NCBI GenBank assembly: GCA_002449145.1
Contig: DKCG01000026.1
Coordinates: 82,608-146,607 of the forward strand
From: Christensenella sp. UBA6880
Lineage (GTDB): Bacteria > Bacillota > Clostridia > Christensenellales > CAG-917
DNA: 64,000 nt
Direction of reading: 5' to 3'
The notes beneath the pieces were generated by a model that saw only the letters and a list, made by a program, of their open reading frames with translations, ran no database searches and had not been told where the DNA came from. Positions 9,601 to 17,707 of this stretch are shown one piece after another. The position numbers were made by a program, and so were the translations under genes. Within the stretch, counting starts at the first letter, position 1, and each line of letters begins with the position of its first letter.

Positions 9601-10999
9601 TGCTGCCGATAAACACGTTGTCGGACGGTGCTGCCGAGATGCCTTTGATGACGATGTCTTTTCCGTCGCTGCCCGAAAGGATAATGGACGCGCCCGCGCC
9701 GTGTACGCCGTAGGTGTAGACGTTGAGAGAAAGCGCGTAGAGTTTGTTCTTCTCGATGGTTATGCTGCGAGAGGACTTGACGCCTTGCGCGGTCATAAGT
9801 TGTTGAGAGAGCATAAACACGTTCGTGCCGACTGAACCGTCGATGAGTTTTTGAATACGGTTGTCATTGTCCTTGTTTGCGATTGCTTCGAGGCTACCTG
9901 CGGGAACGTAAGACGATTTCTTGTCGGGGTCTGCTTCGGACTTGGTGTAGTAAGTCGTGGAATACTTGTTGTAGTTGTCCGCAAACTTGCTCACGTCGAT
10001 GATTGCGTTGTAGCCCAAAGAGGACGGTGCGGAGTCGTTGCTGCCGCTGTTGCCCGTCACGAGCGACCAACCGTTGGGGGTTGCCGAAGACGAAAGAGAA
10101 GTCGTGCCGAAATCGAAGCGTCCGTTGGACACTTTGAGAGTTGCGGTCGCGGTGGTCTTTGCGTTTTCGTTGTTCGTCCTCTCGTTAAGGACTGCTTGCG
10201 CGTATTCGTCGCCGCTTTCGAGTTTGGTCAAAGTGAGGTTGTCGAACACTGCGTAACCCGTGGTGAGACCCGTCGTGTAAGAGGCGGAATACTTGCCGAG
10301 AGCGAGCATAACGTTGAGCGTGGACGAGGATGAGGGCGAGCCTTCGATAATCACGGAATAGGTGACCCATTTTCCTTGCGTGTCGATTGCGTCGAATTCC
10401 GCATAAGTGTTGGAACTGACGTAAATGCGTGCGCCGGGCGTGCCGTTTTCAGAGCCTTTGATGTCCTTTGTCAAAACGTCAACGGAAAGTTTATAATAGC
10501 CGCCTTTTGCAATAGTGAAAGAGGAAGACGTATAGCCGTAAGCGGTCGGACCGTTGACTTTTTTGCCGTCCTTTTCGGATTGCTCGGGCATATAAATCAT
10601 AAGCGCGTTTTTGATTTTGTCGTCATCGCCGTATCTGCCGCCCGCAACGAGAGCGTCGTAGAGGGAATTGTCGTCGTCGTTCCACGTGCTCTTGTTGGCG
10701 TCGTAGAGTGCTTTGTCGAGGCTGATTGCGCCTGCCGTGACGTCGTCCTTATAGTTGCCCGACGAATAGGTCTTGCCGCCCGTCCAGTTGGTGATAGTAC
10801 GGGGATAGGTCTTGACCGACGTGTCTACAACTTTGAAGTCGCCGTTGGAAATGAGAAGCCCTTTTGTGGCTTCGATTGTCGTTGTGGTGTCGTCCGTCGT
10901 GTTGTCGTCGTTCTTGTTGCAAGCGACGAACATTGCCGAAGTGAGCACGACGAGTGCGATCATCATTAGTGCTAATACTGCAAATTTCTTCTTGTTCAT
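6620..10999 (-). CDS. giant surface protein with lipoprotein-type signal, five CBM/jelly-roll-like modules and a C-terminal TM anchor
   Basis: Signal ...LTSAMFVAC-NKND. Five modules each end in a G(Y/W)xxFD(N/D/E)(L/V) type motif (TGYAVFDNLTL, NGWLFMDELNL, SGSMFVANING, NGTVFFDNVTY, SGYAMFDDVTI). C-terminal TM WWMVPTIVLAVLIIVVVIVYVV is followed by a Lys-rich tail. Confidence 0.7.
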   Translation of the reverse strand: MNKKKFAVLALMMIALVVLTSAMFVACNKNDDNTTDDTTTTIEATKGLLISNGDFKVVDTSVKTYPRTITNWTGGKTYSSGNYKDDVTAGAISLDKALYDANKSTWNDDDNSLYDALVAGGRYGDDDKIKNALMIYMPEQSEKDGKKVNGPTAYGYTSSSFTIAKGGYYKLSVDVLTKDIKGSENGTPGARIYVSSNTYAEFDAIDTQGKWVTYSVIIEGSPSSSSTLNVMLALGKYSASYTTGLTTGYAVFDNLTLTKLESGDEYAQAVLNERTNNENAKTTATATLKVSNGRFDFGTTSLSSSATPNGWSLVTGNSGSNDSAPSSLGYNAIIDVSKFADNYNKYSTTYYTKSEADPDKKSSYVPAGSLEAIANKDNDNRIQKLIDGSVGTNVFMLSQQLMTAQGVKSSRSITIEKNKLYALSLNVYTYGVHGAGASIILSGSDGKDIVIKGISAAPSDNVFIGSTKIDSNSYAAGTDQGVTTDGWKTYTFYIQGNQFKDYSYNMTVWLGTEGTSSNTAVEYTNWNSDKTQTTYKANGTFSNGWLFMDELNLKEIAESDIPSTLVKDANDKQTLDLTEAGMSAYEGLKVDLTTTNMAPFDGMLANTTGKPSQDGIDVIADTNGIPKGWVSNYDLTDSDAPLAKGLVSEGVVELSKDELPYDTVDKHAYQIKITGDSRYEIETQSFTIEKNKFYRISVWVKTVDVKETSGAYVYLVKKGDTVKDDSALTTFSQINTNSDEDGFDPYLNDWCELTMLVKGSEKEDVTVSLKFALGSGDRWASSTLTSGSMFVANINGASISQTVYDNTSTGTYVKNVDLASASSSYTFTNGAFDDYDTKDENLEEGKSLNEQNVAATPSDWTFSDKTLKPNTTESNLVAGILALNTTDNKSFSHSDQTTAVFPNIAPSVFDSFYGNFYDVNTDLESFPGKKAQLLAIGSNDGTTGYAAGFSSNSVTLSANGYYALSVYARTVGKTTFSIYLTGESSVDSTNESGASAFVETKTASESEWAKYTFYIRTGQSSVSVKLNLWLGQDTTYGTVEGETSELQAENAKSNGTVFFDNVTYNTIDEDTYDKAETSEIANETIHKLSFLTDSFDSLSSAVESRKELATPNGWTGSVSGTTSSKATKSGIVYADPNFYEVETVDGVDYARILGADYTVDSDEATPTDEEIANAKKEARFEGKTDEEIIATLKEEKVVALKKANWIPVSVLEAKSGKQMLVINNTEKSAYTYTSSTFTLKEASFYEVSVWVKTYGMSNDDDISGANVELYLGSANESDKPFAFTAIKAADTQDWTKYTFVVKTMDDDVTSVTVKLSLGKFESETVDGETTVTGITSGYAMFDDVTIKEVNEAAYDKAVTDSATDSTLLTRQVSNETAGTGDDDDDNGGNETPDSTFNTEALWWMVPTIVLAVLIIVVVIVYVVRKVRKPIAKKKEKKAASPIETPSLDAKHDKYDENKE

Positions 11000-11177
11000 A
11001 CCAAACCTATAAAGAGATTTATTTTGCTGGGGCTTGCGCCCTTTTGATGTTTTGAGTTACACATTCACGCATATATGCGCGCATTGTATAAATCAATATG
11101 CTTTATTATCCTAATACAAAAACAATATTTTGGCAATCGAAATTCATACTTTCTCGCAAATTAATAAAACTAAAAGT

Positions 11178-11612
11178 ATGCAAAACGAAACCTATATTAA
11201 TCGAATTGTTGCAAAAAACTTCTTCAAATATAACCCGTCAAAGCAAACCGTGTCGGCAAAGCGCAAAATCGCGATATGTCTTGCCTCGCTGTTTATTGGC
11301 GCGATAAACGGACTATTCGGCGCGGGCGGCGGTATGCTCGCAGTGCCGTGCCTAACTTACGTTTGGGGACTCGACGAAAAGAGCGCGCACGCAACCGCAA
11401 TCGCCGTGATACTGCCGCTGTGCCTCGTAAGTTCAATCGTGTACGCACTCAAAGGAAACTACGAGCCGAGCGTGATTCTGCCCACCGTGATAGGCGTTAC
11501 GATAGGCGGAATCGCAGGCGCGCTTTTGCTCAAAAAGATGTCAGCAAACGCCGTGTCGTTTCTCTTTTACTCGCTTATGACTTTTGCGGGATTCAAAATG
11601 ATTTTTGACTGA
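11178..11612 (+). CDS. TSUP (TauE/SafE) family transporter, N-terminal half-size protein
   Basis: Contains the motif LFIGAINGLFGAGGGMLAVP and about 4 TM segments. The start is uncertain: TTG at 11130 in the track, the first ATG at 11178, and no clear SD for either. Confidence 0.6.
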   Translation: MQNETYINRIVAKNFFKYNPSKQTVSAKRKIAICLASLFIGAINGLFGAGGGMLAVPCLTYVWGLDEKSAHATAIAVILPLCLVSSIVYALKGNYEPSVILPTVIGVTIGGIAGALLLKKMSANAVSFLFYSLMTFAGFKMIFD

Positions 11613-11670
11613 AAAAGCGTTTTATCGATAAAATTCAAGCGATAAAGTGTCGATTTTGTATTGATATGAG

Positions 11671-12054
11671 GTGAATATGCAGTTTATATATTTCATTTTG
11701 GCAGGGGTGTTGGGGGGTATACTCGCAGGTATGGGAATGGGTGGCGGAACGCTCACTTTGCCAATACTCGTGCTCGTTATGAACGTTGCGCAACTCACCG
11801 CGCAATTCGCGAATCTAATCGCCTTTTTGCCGTCGGGAACCGCCGCGCTTTTCGTCCACGTCAAGAACGGTTTGGTGCGCAAAGAGAACTTGATTTATAT
11901 GCTCGTTCCGTCGATAGTTGCCTGCGTAGGTTGCTCGTTTTTCGCAACGGAAGCGAACGGCGATTTGCTCAAAAAACTTTTCGGCGGATTTCTGGTGCTA
12001 GTGGCTGTGGTGTCTTTCGTTTCTAAAATTGCGAAAGAGTTTAAAAAATCATAA
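11671..12054 (+). CDS. TSUP (TauE/SafE) family transporter, C-terminal half-size protein
   Basis: Contains GGILAGMGMGGGTLTLPILV and about 4 TM segments. The start is either GTG at 11671 or ATG at 11677, with GAGGTG just upstream. Confidence 0.6.
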   Translation: MNMQFIYFILAGVLGGILAGMGMGGGTLTLPILVLVMNVAQLTAQFANLIAFLPSGTAALFVHVKNGLVRKENLIYMLVPSIVACVGCSFFATEANGDLLKKLFGGFLVLVAVVSFVSKIAKEFKKS

Positions 12055-12159
12055 CAACCCCGTTTTTGATTTTTTTCGCACATAGGTTTAGTCGCTCAAA
12101 AATCTCTCGCAACACGCAAAATAGTAAGGAATTTCCTGAAAAAAATCAAAAATGGGGTA

Positions 12160-12188
12160 TTTACATTGTATGTTTTCTAATGTATAAT
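12160..12188 (+). promoter_or_regulatory. candidate sigma-A promoter of the rnf operon
   Basis: TTTACA (12160-12165), a 17-nt spacer, then TATAAT (12183-12188), 35 nt upstream of the rnfC ATG. Confidence 0.5.
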
Positions 12189-12222
12189 TATGTCAATCTT
12201 AATTTATTAAGGACTTTTGTTT

Positions 12223-13527
12223 ATGACAATTCCGCTTAGAACTTTTCGCCGAGGCATTCATCCGCCTGCGAATAAGTTTACAAAAGACGCACCTCTCGAG
12301 CAGTTTCCGACGCCCGAGAGGGTCTTCATATCTTTGTCGCAGCATATAGGCGCGCCGGCAAAGCCTGTCGTTGCGGTCGGCGACCACGTCGACGAAGGAC
12401 AGTTGATAGGCGAGGCGAACGGCTTTGTTTCGGCAAACGTTTTTTCCTCCGTTTCGGGCATCGTCAAAAGCATTTGTACGCTTCCTACGGCAAACGGCGG
12501 CGAGGCACAACACGTGGAAATCGAAAACGATTATCTCTACACCAAGCGCACGCTTCCGCCCATTAAAAATCCGACCAAAGACGACATTATCAAGCGCGTA
12601 AAAGACGCGGGTATCGTCGGTATGGGCGGCGCGACGTTCCCAACGCACGTCAAACTTATGCCGAAGGACAAAATCGACACGCTCATCATAAACGGCGCGG
12701 AATGCGAGCCTTACATCACTTGCGACTATCGCTTGTTTATGGAAGAAGCGGACACGATTCTGAAGGGTACCGAACTTTTGCTCACCGCACTCGGAATCGA
12801 TCGCGCGTATATCGGTATCGAGGCAAACAAGCCGCTTGCAATCAAGCACCTTGCCGAAATCGTACCCGAAAACGTGGCGGTTATGAGGCTCAAAGCAAAA
12901 TATCCGCAAGGGGCGGAAAAACAACTCATTTACGCAACTACGCACAGAATCGTGCCTACGGGCGAGTTGCCCGCAAAGGTCGGCTGCGTGGTTTGCAACG
13001 CGCATACGGCGTACTCTATCGCAAAAGCGGTGTACGAGGGCGAGCCTTGCTACAAGCGCGCTATGACCGTTTCGGGCGGCGGCGTGAAAAAGATAGGCAA
13101 CTTCTGGGTGCGCAACGGCGTGCAATATCAATACATCTACGACGTGTGCAGAGGCAACAAGAGCGAGGAAATTACGAGAAAGGTCGTAAGCGGCGGTCCT
13201 ATGATGGGATTTGCTCAAGCGTCTTTGACCCCCGCTTGTACGAAAGGTTCGTCTTGTCTGCTGTTCATGACGGACAAGGAATTTAATATGAATCCGACCA
13301 CGCCTTGCATAAGTTGCGGCAAGTGCATAATCAACTGCCCGATGTCGCTCGTGCCCAGAGAAATCGAAAAAGCAATCGAAAAAGACGATGTCGAAACCAC
13401 TTTCAAAATGGGCGTGCTAAACTGCATAGAGTGCGGCGCATGTTCGTATTCGTGCCCGGCAAAGAGACCGCTCGTTCAAGCGATGCGTCTTGCCAAAAAA
13501 GAAATCAAAACGAGGGGGATAAAGTGA
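12223..13527 (+). CDS. rnfC: Rnf electron-transport complex subunit C
   Basis: Carries two 4Fe-4S motifs (CISCGKCIINCP, CIECGACSYSCP) and the RnfC N-terminus FRRGIHPP. The ATG at 12223 follows AAGGA. Confidence 0.9.
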   Translation: MTIPLRTFRRGIHPPANKFTKDAPLEQFPTPERVFISLSQHIGAPAKPVVAVGDHVDEGQLIGEANGFVSANVFSSVSGIVKSICTLPTANGGEAQHVEIENDYLYTKRTLPPIKNPTKDDIIKRVKDAGIVGMGGATFPTHVKLMPKDKIDTLIINGAECEPYITCDYRLFMEEADTILKGTELLLTALGIDRAYIGIEANKPLAIKHLAEIVPENVAVMRLKAKYPQGAEKQLIYATTHRIVPTGELPAKVGCVVCNAHTAYSIAKAVYEGEPCYKRAMTVSGGGVKKIGNFWVRNGVQYQYIYDVCRGNKSEEITRKVVSGGPMMGFAQASLTPACTKGSSCLLFMTDKEFNMNPTTPCISCGKCIINCPMSLVPREIEKAIEKDDVETTFKMGVLNCIECGACSYSCPAKRPLVQAMRLAKKEIKTRGIK

Positions 13528-13528
13528 T

Positions 13529-14605
13529 ATGCCAAAATACATAGTTTCTTCGTCCCCGCATATATCCACCACGTTCACGACGAGAAAGATGATGCTCGAC
13601 GTCATCGTCGCGCTTATTCCCGCAACGATTGCAAGCGTATTGCTGTACGGGTTCTATCCGCTTTGCATGATGGTGCTTTGCGTCGGTACTTGCGTGTTTT
13701 CGGAATGGCTTTTCAACGTGATAGGCAAACGCTTCCAAAGCGTGGGCGACTTGTCGGCGGTAGTGACGGGTATGATACTCTCGCTCAACCTGCCGCCCGT
13801 CGTTCCGTTTTACGTTCCCATCGTCGGCGGATTCTTTGCGATAGTCATCGTAAAAATGCTTTTCGGCGGAATCGGCAAAAACTTTGCAAACCCCGCAATC
13901 ACGGCGCGTATATTCTTAGTCCTTTGCTGGACGGGCGTTATGACCAGTTTCGTTTCGCCCATTACGCTTGATAACGGCGCAAATCTGTTCTCGTTCTTCG
14001 GCCACGCGGTAGACATCGACATAAGCGCGATAACGAGCGCAACCCCGATGGCAGGCGTAAAAGGTTCTGTTTCGGCAGGCACGAATCCCGCGCAAGGACT
14101 CAACGCACTCGATATGTTCTTGGGAAGAATAGGCGGAAGCGCAGGCGAGGTCAGCACCCTGGCAATCCTCATCGGCGGCGTGTATCTGCTTATCCGCAGA
14201 GTTATAGACTGGCGTATTCCCGCGCTCTATATCGGCTCGGTGGTCGTGTTCACGGCGATTTTCTTCGCAAACACTGGCTACGTCGGCGAATACATCTGGA
14301 CGTACCTTCTCGGCGGCGGTCTTATGTTCGGCGCGTTCTTTATGGCAACCGACTACGCCACGTCCCCGAAATCTTGTCTCGCAGTCGTGATTTACGGCGT
14401 GGGACTGGGATTCTTGACGGTTATATTCAGAAAATACAGCACGATGAACGAGGGCGTGTCCTTTGCGATTCTGCTTATGAACATTCTCACACCGCTTCTT
14501 GACAAGATTATGCCGAGAGTGTTCGGCGCACCGAAGAAACTCAACGTCGCAACTCGCGTCAAGAGCAAAAACAAAGAAGCATTGGAAGGGGGCAAAAATG
14601 ACTGA
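13529..14605 (+). CDS. rnfD: Rnf complex subunit D
   Basis: Polytopic NqrB/RnfD-type protein. The N-terminus SSSPHISTTFTTRKMMLDV is typical, and it sits in operon position after rnfC. Confidence 0.9.
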   Translation: MPKYIVSSSPHISTTFTTRKMMLDVIVALIPATIASVLLYGFYPLCMMVLCVGTCVFSEWLFNVIGKRFQSVGDLSAVVTGMILSLNLPPVVPFYVPIVGGFFAIVIVKMLFGGIGKNFANPAITARIFLVLCWTGVMTSFVSPITLDNGANLFSFFGHAVDIDISAITSATPMAGVKGSVSAGTNPAQGLNALDMFLGRIGGSAGEVSTLAILIGGVYLLIRRVIDWRIPALYIGSVVVFTAIFFANTGYVGEYIWTYLLGGGLMFGAFFMATDYATSPKSCLAVVIYGVGLGFLTVIFRKYSTMNEGVSFAILLMNILTPLLDKIMPRVFGAPKKLNVATRVKSKNKEALEGGKND

Positions 14606-15386
14606 CGAATTGTTGAAAAATGCCTCAATTTCAGACGAGGAAACAAATAAAACCGTAGGCGAGGGTGCGGTCGAAAACGCCGCAACCGAAAATGCGGAGA
14701 ACGAAAATACCGTGACGGAAAACGCCGTAGCCGAAAATAACGCAACCGAAAAGAAAGCGGAAAGCACTCAATCGGTCGAAAATGATAGCTCGAAAGGCAA
14801 AAAGAAGTTCAAACTCGGCGACGTCGCAAAATGCACCATCGTGCTTACCGTAATCGCGCTTGTGGCGGGACTTTTGCTCGGCATAGTCAACTGGGTGACC
14901 TACGTTGACCCCGACGGCGTTATCGCGGAAAAATGCACGACGCAATTCGGCTCGGAAACGTCGGTAAAGGACGAAAAACTCGCCTCGTACGACTACGACA
15001 AAAACAACTATATCGAATCTTGCTTCGTTGCCAAAAACGGCGAGGAAATCGTCGGATATTGCTACTATGCGGTAGGCGGCGGCGCAAAAGACGGCTCAAT
15101 CGAGTTGCTCGTGTTTATTGACAAGGACGGTATAATAAAAGAAATCACCGTCTACGAGCAAGGCGAAACCGCAGGTTACTTCGATAAGGTCGAAAAAGCG
15201 AACAAGTCAAAATACGTCGGCTTGAACGCAAAAACCATAAAGAAACTCGAACTTGTCAAAAACAAATCCGAACTCGAAGAAGGCGAGATTAGCGCAGTGA
15301 GTTCGGCAACGTACACTTCGACGGGCTACCACAATGCGGTGGCGGCGGCAGTGTATGCGTACAGAACGTATATAAGCGAGGCGTGA
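14598..15386 (+). CDS. rnfG: Rnf complex subunit G (FMN-binding) with Asn/Glu-rich N-terminal extension
   Basis: FMN-attachment motif ISAVSSATYTSTGY. The ATG at 14598 overlaps the rnfD stop by 8 nt. The track start at 14499 lies inside rnfD. Confidence 0.85.
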   Translation: MTDELLKNASISDEETNKTVGEGAVENAATENAENENTVTENAVAENNATEKKAESTQSVENDSSKGKKKFKLGDVAKCTIVLTVIALVAGLLLGIVNWVTYVDPDGVIAEKCTTQFGSETSVKDEKLASYDYDKNNYIESCFVAKNGEEIVGYCYYAVGGGAKDGSIELLVFIDKDGIIKEITVYEQGETAGYFDKVEKANKSKYVGLNAKTIKKLELVKNKSELEEGEISAVSSATYTSTGYHNAVAAAVYAYRTYISEA

Positions 15387-15387
15387 T

Positions 15388-16104
15388 ATGAAAGGAAATT
15401 CGAAACTTCAAATCGTATCAAACGGCATATTCGCGCAAAACCCGACGTTCAGACTCGTTTTGGGTATGTGTCCGACGCTCGCAATCACCACAAGCGCGTT
15501 CAACGGCTTGGGTATGGGACTTGCGGCGACGCTCATTCTCATTTGCTCGAACGCTCTCGTATCCCTTTTGAGAAAGGTCATTCCCGACAAGGTGCGTATC
15601 CCCGCGTACGTTCTCATCATCGCAACGTTCGTCACCTTGCTCGAAATGATACTCAAAAAGTTCATTCCCACGCTGTATAGCGCGCTCGGCATTTACTTGC
15701 CGCTGATAGTCGTCAACTGCATCATTCTTGCAAGAGCGGAAGCGTTTGCAAGTTCCAACAAAGTGGGCGACAGCATTCTCGACGGTCTTGGAATGGGACT
15801 CGGCTTCACGCTCGCGCTGACTTGCTTGGGATTCGTGAGAGAACTCATAGGCAGCGGAACGATATTCGCAGGTTCGCTCGGCTCGCTCACGTTCGGCATT
15901 TCGCTCGGTGCGGCGAGAGATTATTCGCTTGCGTTCTTCGTTCTTCCCGCGGGCGGATTTTTGACCCTCGGTCTTGCAATGGCACTCGTCAACTGGGTGA
16001 GCGACCAAAAGAGCAAAAAGAAACAACTCGAAGCGGAAAGAGCCGCACAGAATATCGAAAACGCGAAATCCGCGCTCGAACAAAAAGAGGGGGGCGTTGA
16101 CTGA
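15388..16104 (+). CDS. rnfE: Rnf complex subunit E
   Basis: The translation shows the RnfE/NqrD pattern (NPTFRLVLGMCPTLAITT), and the operon position fits. Confidence 0.9.
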   Translation: MKGNSKLQIVSNGIFAQNPTFRLVLGMCPTLAITTSAFNGLGMGLAATLILICSNALVSLLRKVIPDKVRIPAYVLIIATFVTLLEMILKKFIPTLYSALGIYLPLIVVNCIILARAEAFASSNKVGDSILDGLGMGLGFTLALTCLGFVRELIGSGTIFAGSLGSLTFGISLGAARDYSLAFFVLPAGGFLTLGLAMALVNWVSDQKSKKKQLEAERAAQNIENAKSALEQKEGGVD

Positions 16105-16721
16105 TGGAATACTTCTTGCTTATAATCGGCGCAATGTTCGTCAACAACTTCGTGCTTAGTCAGTTTCTCGGCATATGCCCCTTCCTCGGCGTTTCCAAAA
16201 AGACGGACACGGCTCTCGGAATGGGACTTGCCGTCACGTTCGTTATGGGCGTTGCAAGCGTCATAACGTGGTGCGTGCAAAAAGCGCTCGTTGCGCTCGG
16301 CGTAGAGTATTTGCAAACGATTGCGTTCATTCTCGTCATCGCCGCGCTCGTACAACTCATCGAAATGGTGCTCAAAAAGTATATGCCTGCGCTTTACAGT
16401 GCGCTCGGCGTGTATTTGCCCCTCATAACGACCAACTGCGCCGTTCTCGGCGTTGCGATTCTCAACATAGACACGTACGGCGTTGCAAGCGGCACAAGTC
16501 TGCTTCAATCCTTCCTCAACGGCACGTTCAGCGGCGTGGGCTTCCTCATCGCGATTATGCTTCTTGCAGGCGTGCGCGAAAAAATGGATTTGGACGCCGT
16601 TCCCAAGCCGTTCAGAGGCTTCCCGATAACTCTTATATCGGCAAGCATACTCAGTATGGCGTTCGTCGCGTTCAGCGGACTCATTTCAACGTCCGGCGCG
16701 GTCAGCCTTGTGTTTCCTTGA
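16104..16721 (+). CDS. rnfA: Rnf complex subunit A
   Basis: The translation shows the RnfA/NqrE pattern (NNFVLSQFLGICPFLGVS). Its start overlaps the rnfE stop by 1 nt. Confidence 0.9.
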   Translation: MEYFLLIIGAMFVNNFVLSQFLGICPFLGVSKKTDTALGMGLAVTFVMGVASVITWCVQKALVALGVEYLQTIAFILVIAALVQLIEMVLKKYMPALYSALGVYLPLITTNCAVLGVAILNIDTYGVASGTSLLQSFLNGTFSGVGFLIAIMLLAGVREKMDLDAVPKPFRGFPITLISASILSMAFVAFSGLISTSGAVSLVFP

Positions 16722-16734
16722 GAGGTGATGAGAT

Positions 16735-17562
16735 ATGCTTAATTTGATTTCGGCTGTAAATCCGATGACGATATTATATTCGACGCTCGTATTGCTCGTG
16801 CTTGCGCTCGTATTCGGCGTGACGCTTGCGGTGCTCGGCAAAAAACTCGCCGTCCACGAGGATGAACGCATAAAACAAGTGCGCGAAAAACTTTCGGGCG
16901 CAAACTGCGGCGCTTGCGGTTATGCAGGTTGCGACGCTTTTGCAAAAGCGATTGTCGAAGGTAAGGCGGACATCAACGCTTGCGCCGCCACGTCTGCGGA
17001 AAACAAAAAAGCCATTGCGGACATTATGGGACAAAGCATAAATGCCGAAGAAACCATGATAATCGTCGCTTGCAGAGGCGGAAAATACGCCGCAGACAAG
17101 TACGAATATATGGGCTACGGAAACTGCAGAAGTATGGAACTTCTCGGCGGCGGCAGAAAGCAATGCAAATGGGGTTGCCTGGGTATGGGTTCGTGCGTGG
17201 ACGCTTGCCCGTTCAGCGCAATGAAAGTCGGCGACGACGGCTATGCGGAAGTGAACAGGGAAAAGTGCGTGGCGTGCGGAAGATGCATCAACGCTTGCCC
17301 GAAAAAACTCGTAAAGAGAGTGCCCGCAACCGCAAAATACTACGTTGCTTGCTCAAACTGCTTGCGCGGCGCAAAAGACGTTCGCGCGGTATGCACGGTG
17401 GGTTGCCTCGGTTGCGGTCTTTGCGCAAAGGTGTGTCCGAACGGCGCGATAACTCTCCAAAACAACCTTGCGGTTATCGACTACTCGAAGTGCACGGGTT
17501 GCGGAATCTGCGCTTCGAAATGTCCCTCTAAGTGCATTTTGGAAACAAACAAAGAAAAATAA
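16735..17562 (+). CDS. rnfB: Rnf complex subunit B (polyferredoxin)
   Basis: N-terminal TM, CGACGYAGC motif and several CxxCxxCxxxCP ferredoxin motifs. GAGAGGTGA lies upstream as the SD. Confidence 0.9.
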   Translation: MLNLISAVNPMTILYSTLVLLVLALVFGVTLAVLGKKLAVHEDERIKQVREKLSGANCGACGYAGCDAFAKAIVEGKADINACAATSAENKKAIADIMGQSINAEETMIIVACRGGKYAADKYEYMGYGNCRSMELLGGGRKQCKWGCLGMGSCVDACPFSAMKVGDDGYAEVNREKCVACGRCINACPKKLVKRVPATAKYYVACSNCLRGAKDVRAVCTVGCLGCGLCAKVCPNGAITLQNNLAVIDYSKCTGCGICASKCPSKCILETNKEK

Positions 17563-17707
17563 TCGATTTGCAAAATGCAAATCTCGGCAAATAAAGCGTA
17601 CTTAATTCGATTGAAAATCGAAAGACTGGAATAAGCGGGAAAACTAGAAATAAAGAATCGAACAATCGTCCTCAAAAGGGCACGGCGAAAGCCGTTAGGA
17701 GAATTAT

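Noticed and set aside
6515-10969. Many long + strand ORFs antisense to the giant surface-protein gene (for example 6515-7630, 8204-8947, 8948-9835).
   Set aside because: Their translations are Val/Gly/Arg/Phe-rich and lack motifs or SDs. The minus-strand frame gives a coherent 1459-aa protein with a signal peptide, repeated modules and an anchor.
12055-12222. Rex operator upstream of the rnf operon.
   Set aside because: I saw no TTGTGAA-N6-TTCACAA or TTGTTAA-N4-TTAACAA-like site. Only the unrelated 20-bp inverted repeat reported above is present.
12199-13218. Long antisense or alternative-frame ORFs over rnfC, uvrB, uvrA, the ABC genes and others (for example 12199-13218 -, 44580-45974 -, 46525-47436 -, 54367-55281 -).
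   Set aside because: Each overlaps a CDS with clear conserved motifs on the other strand or frame, and none has its own motifs or SD.
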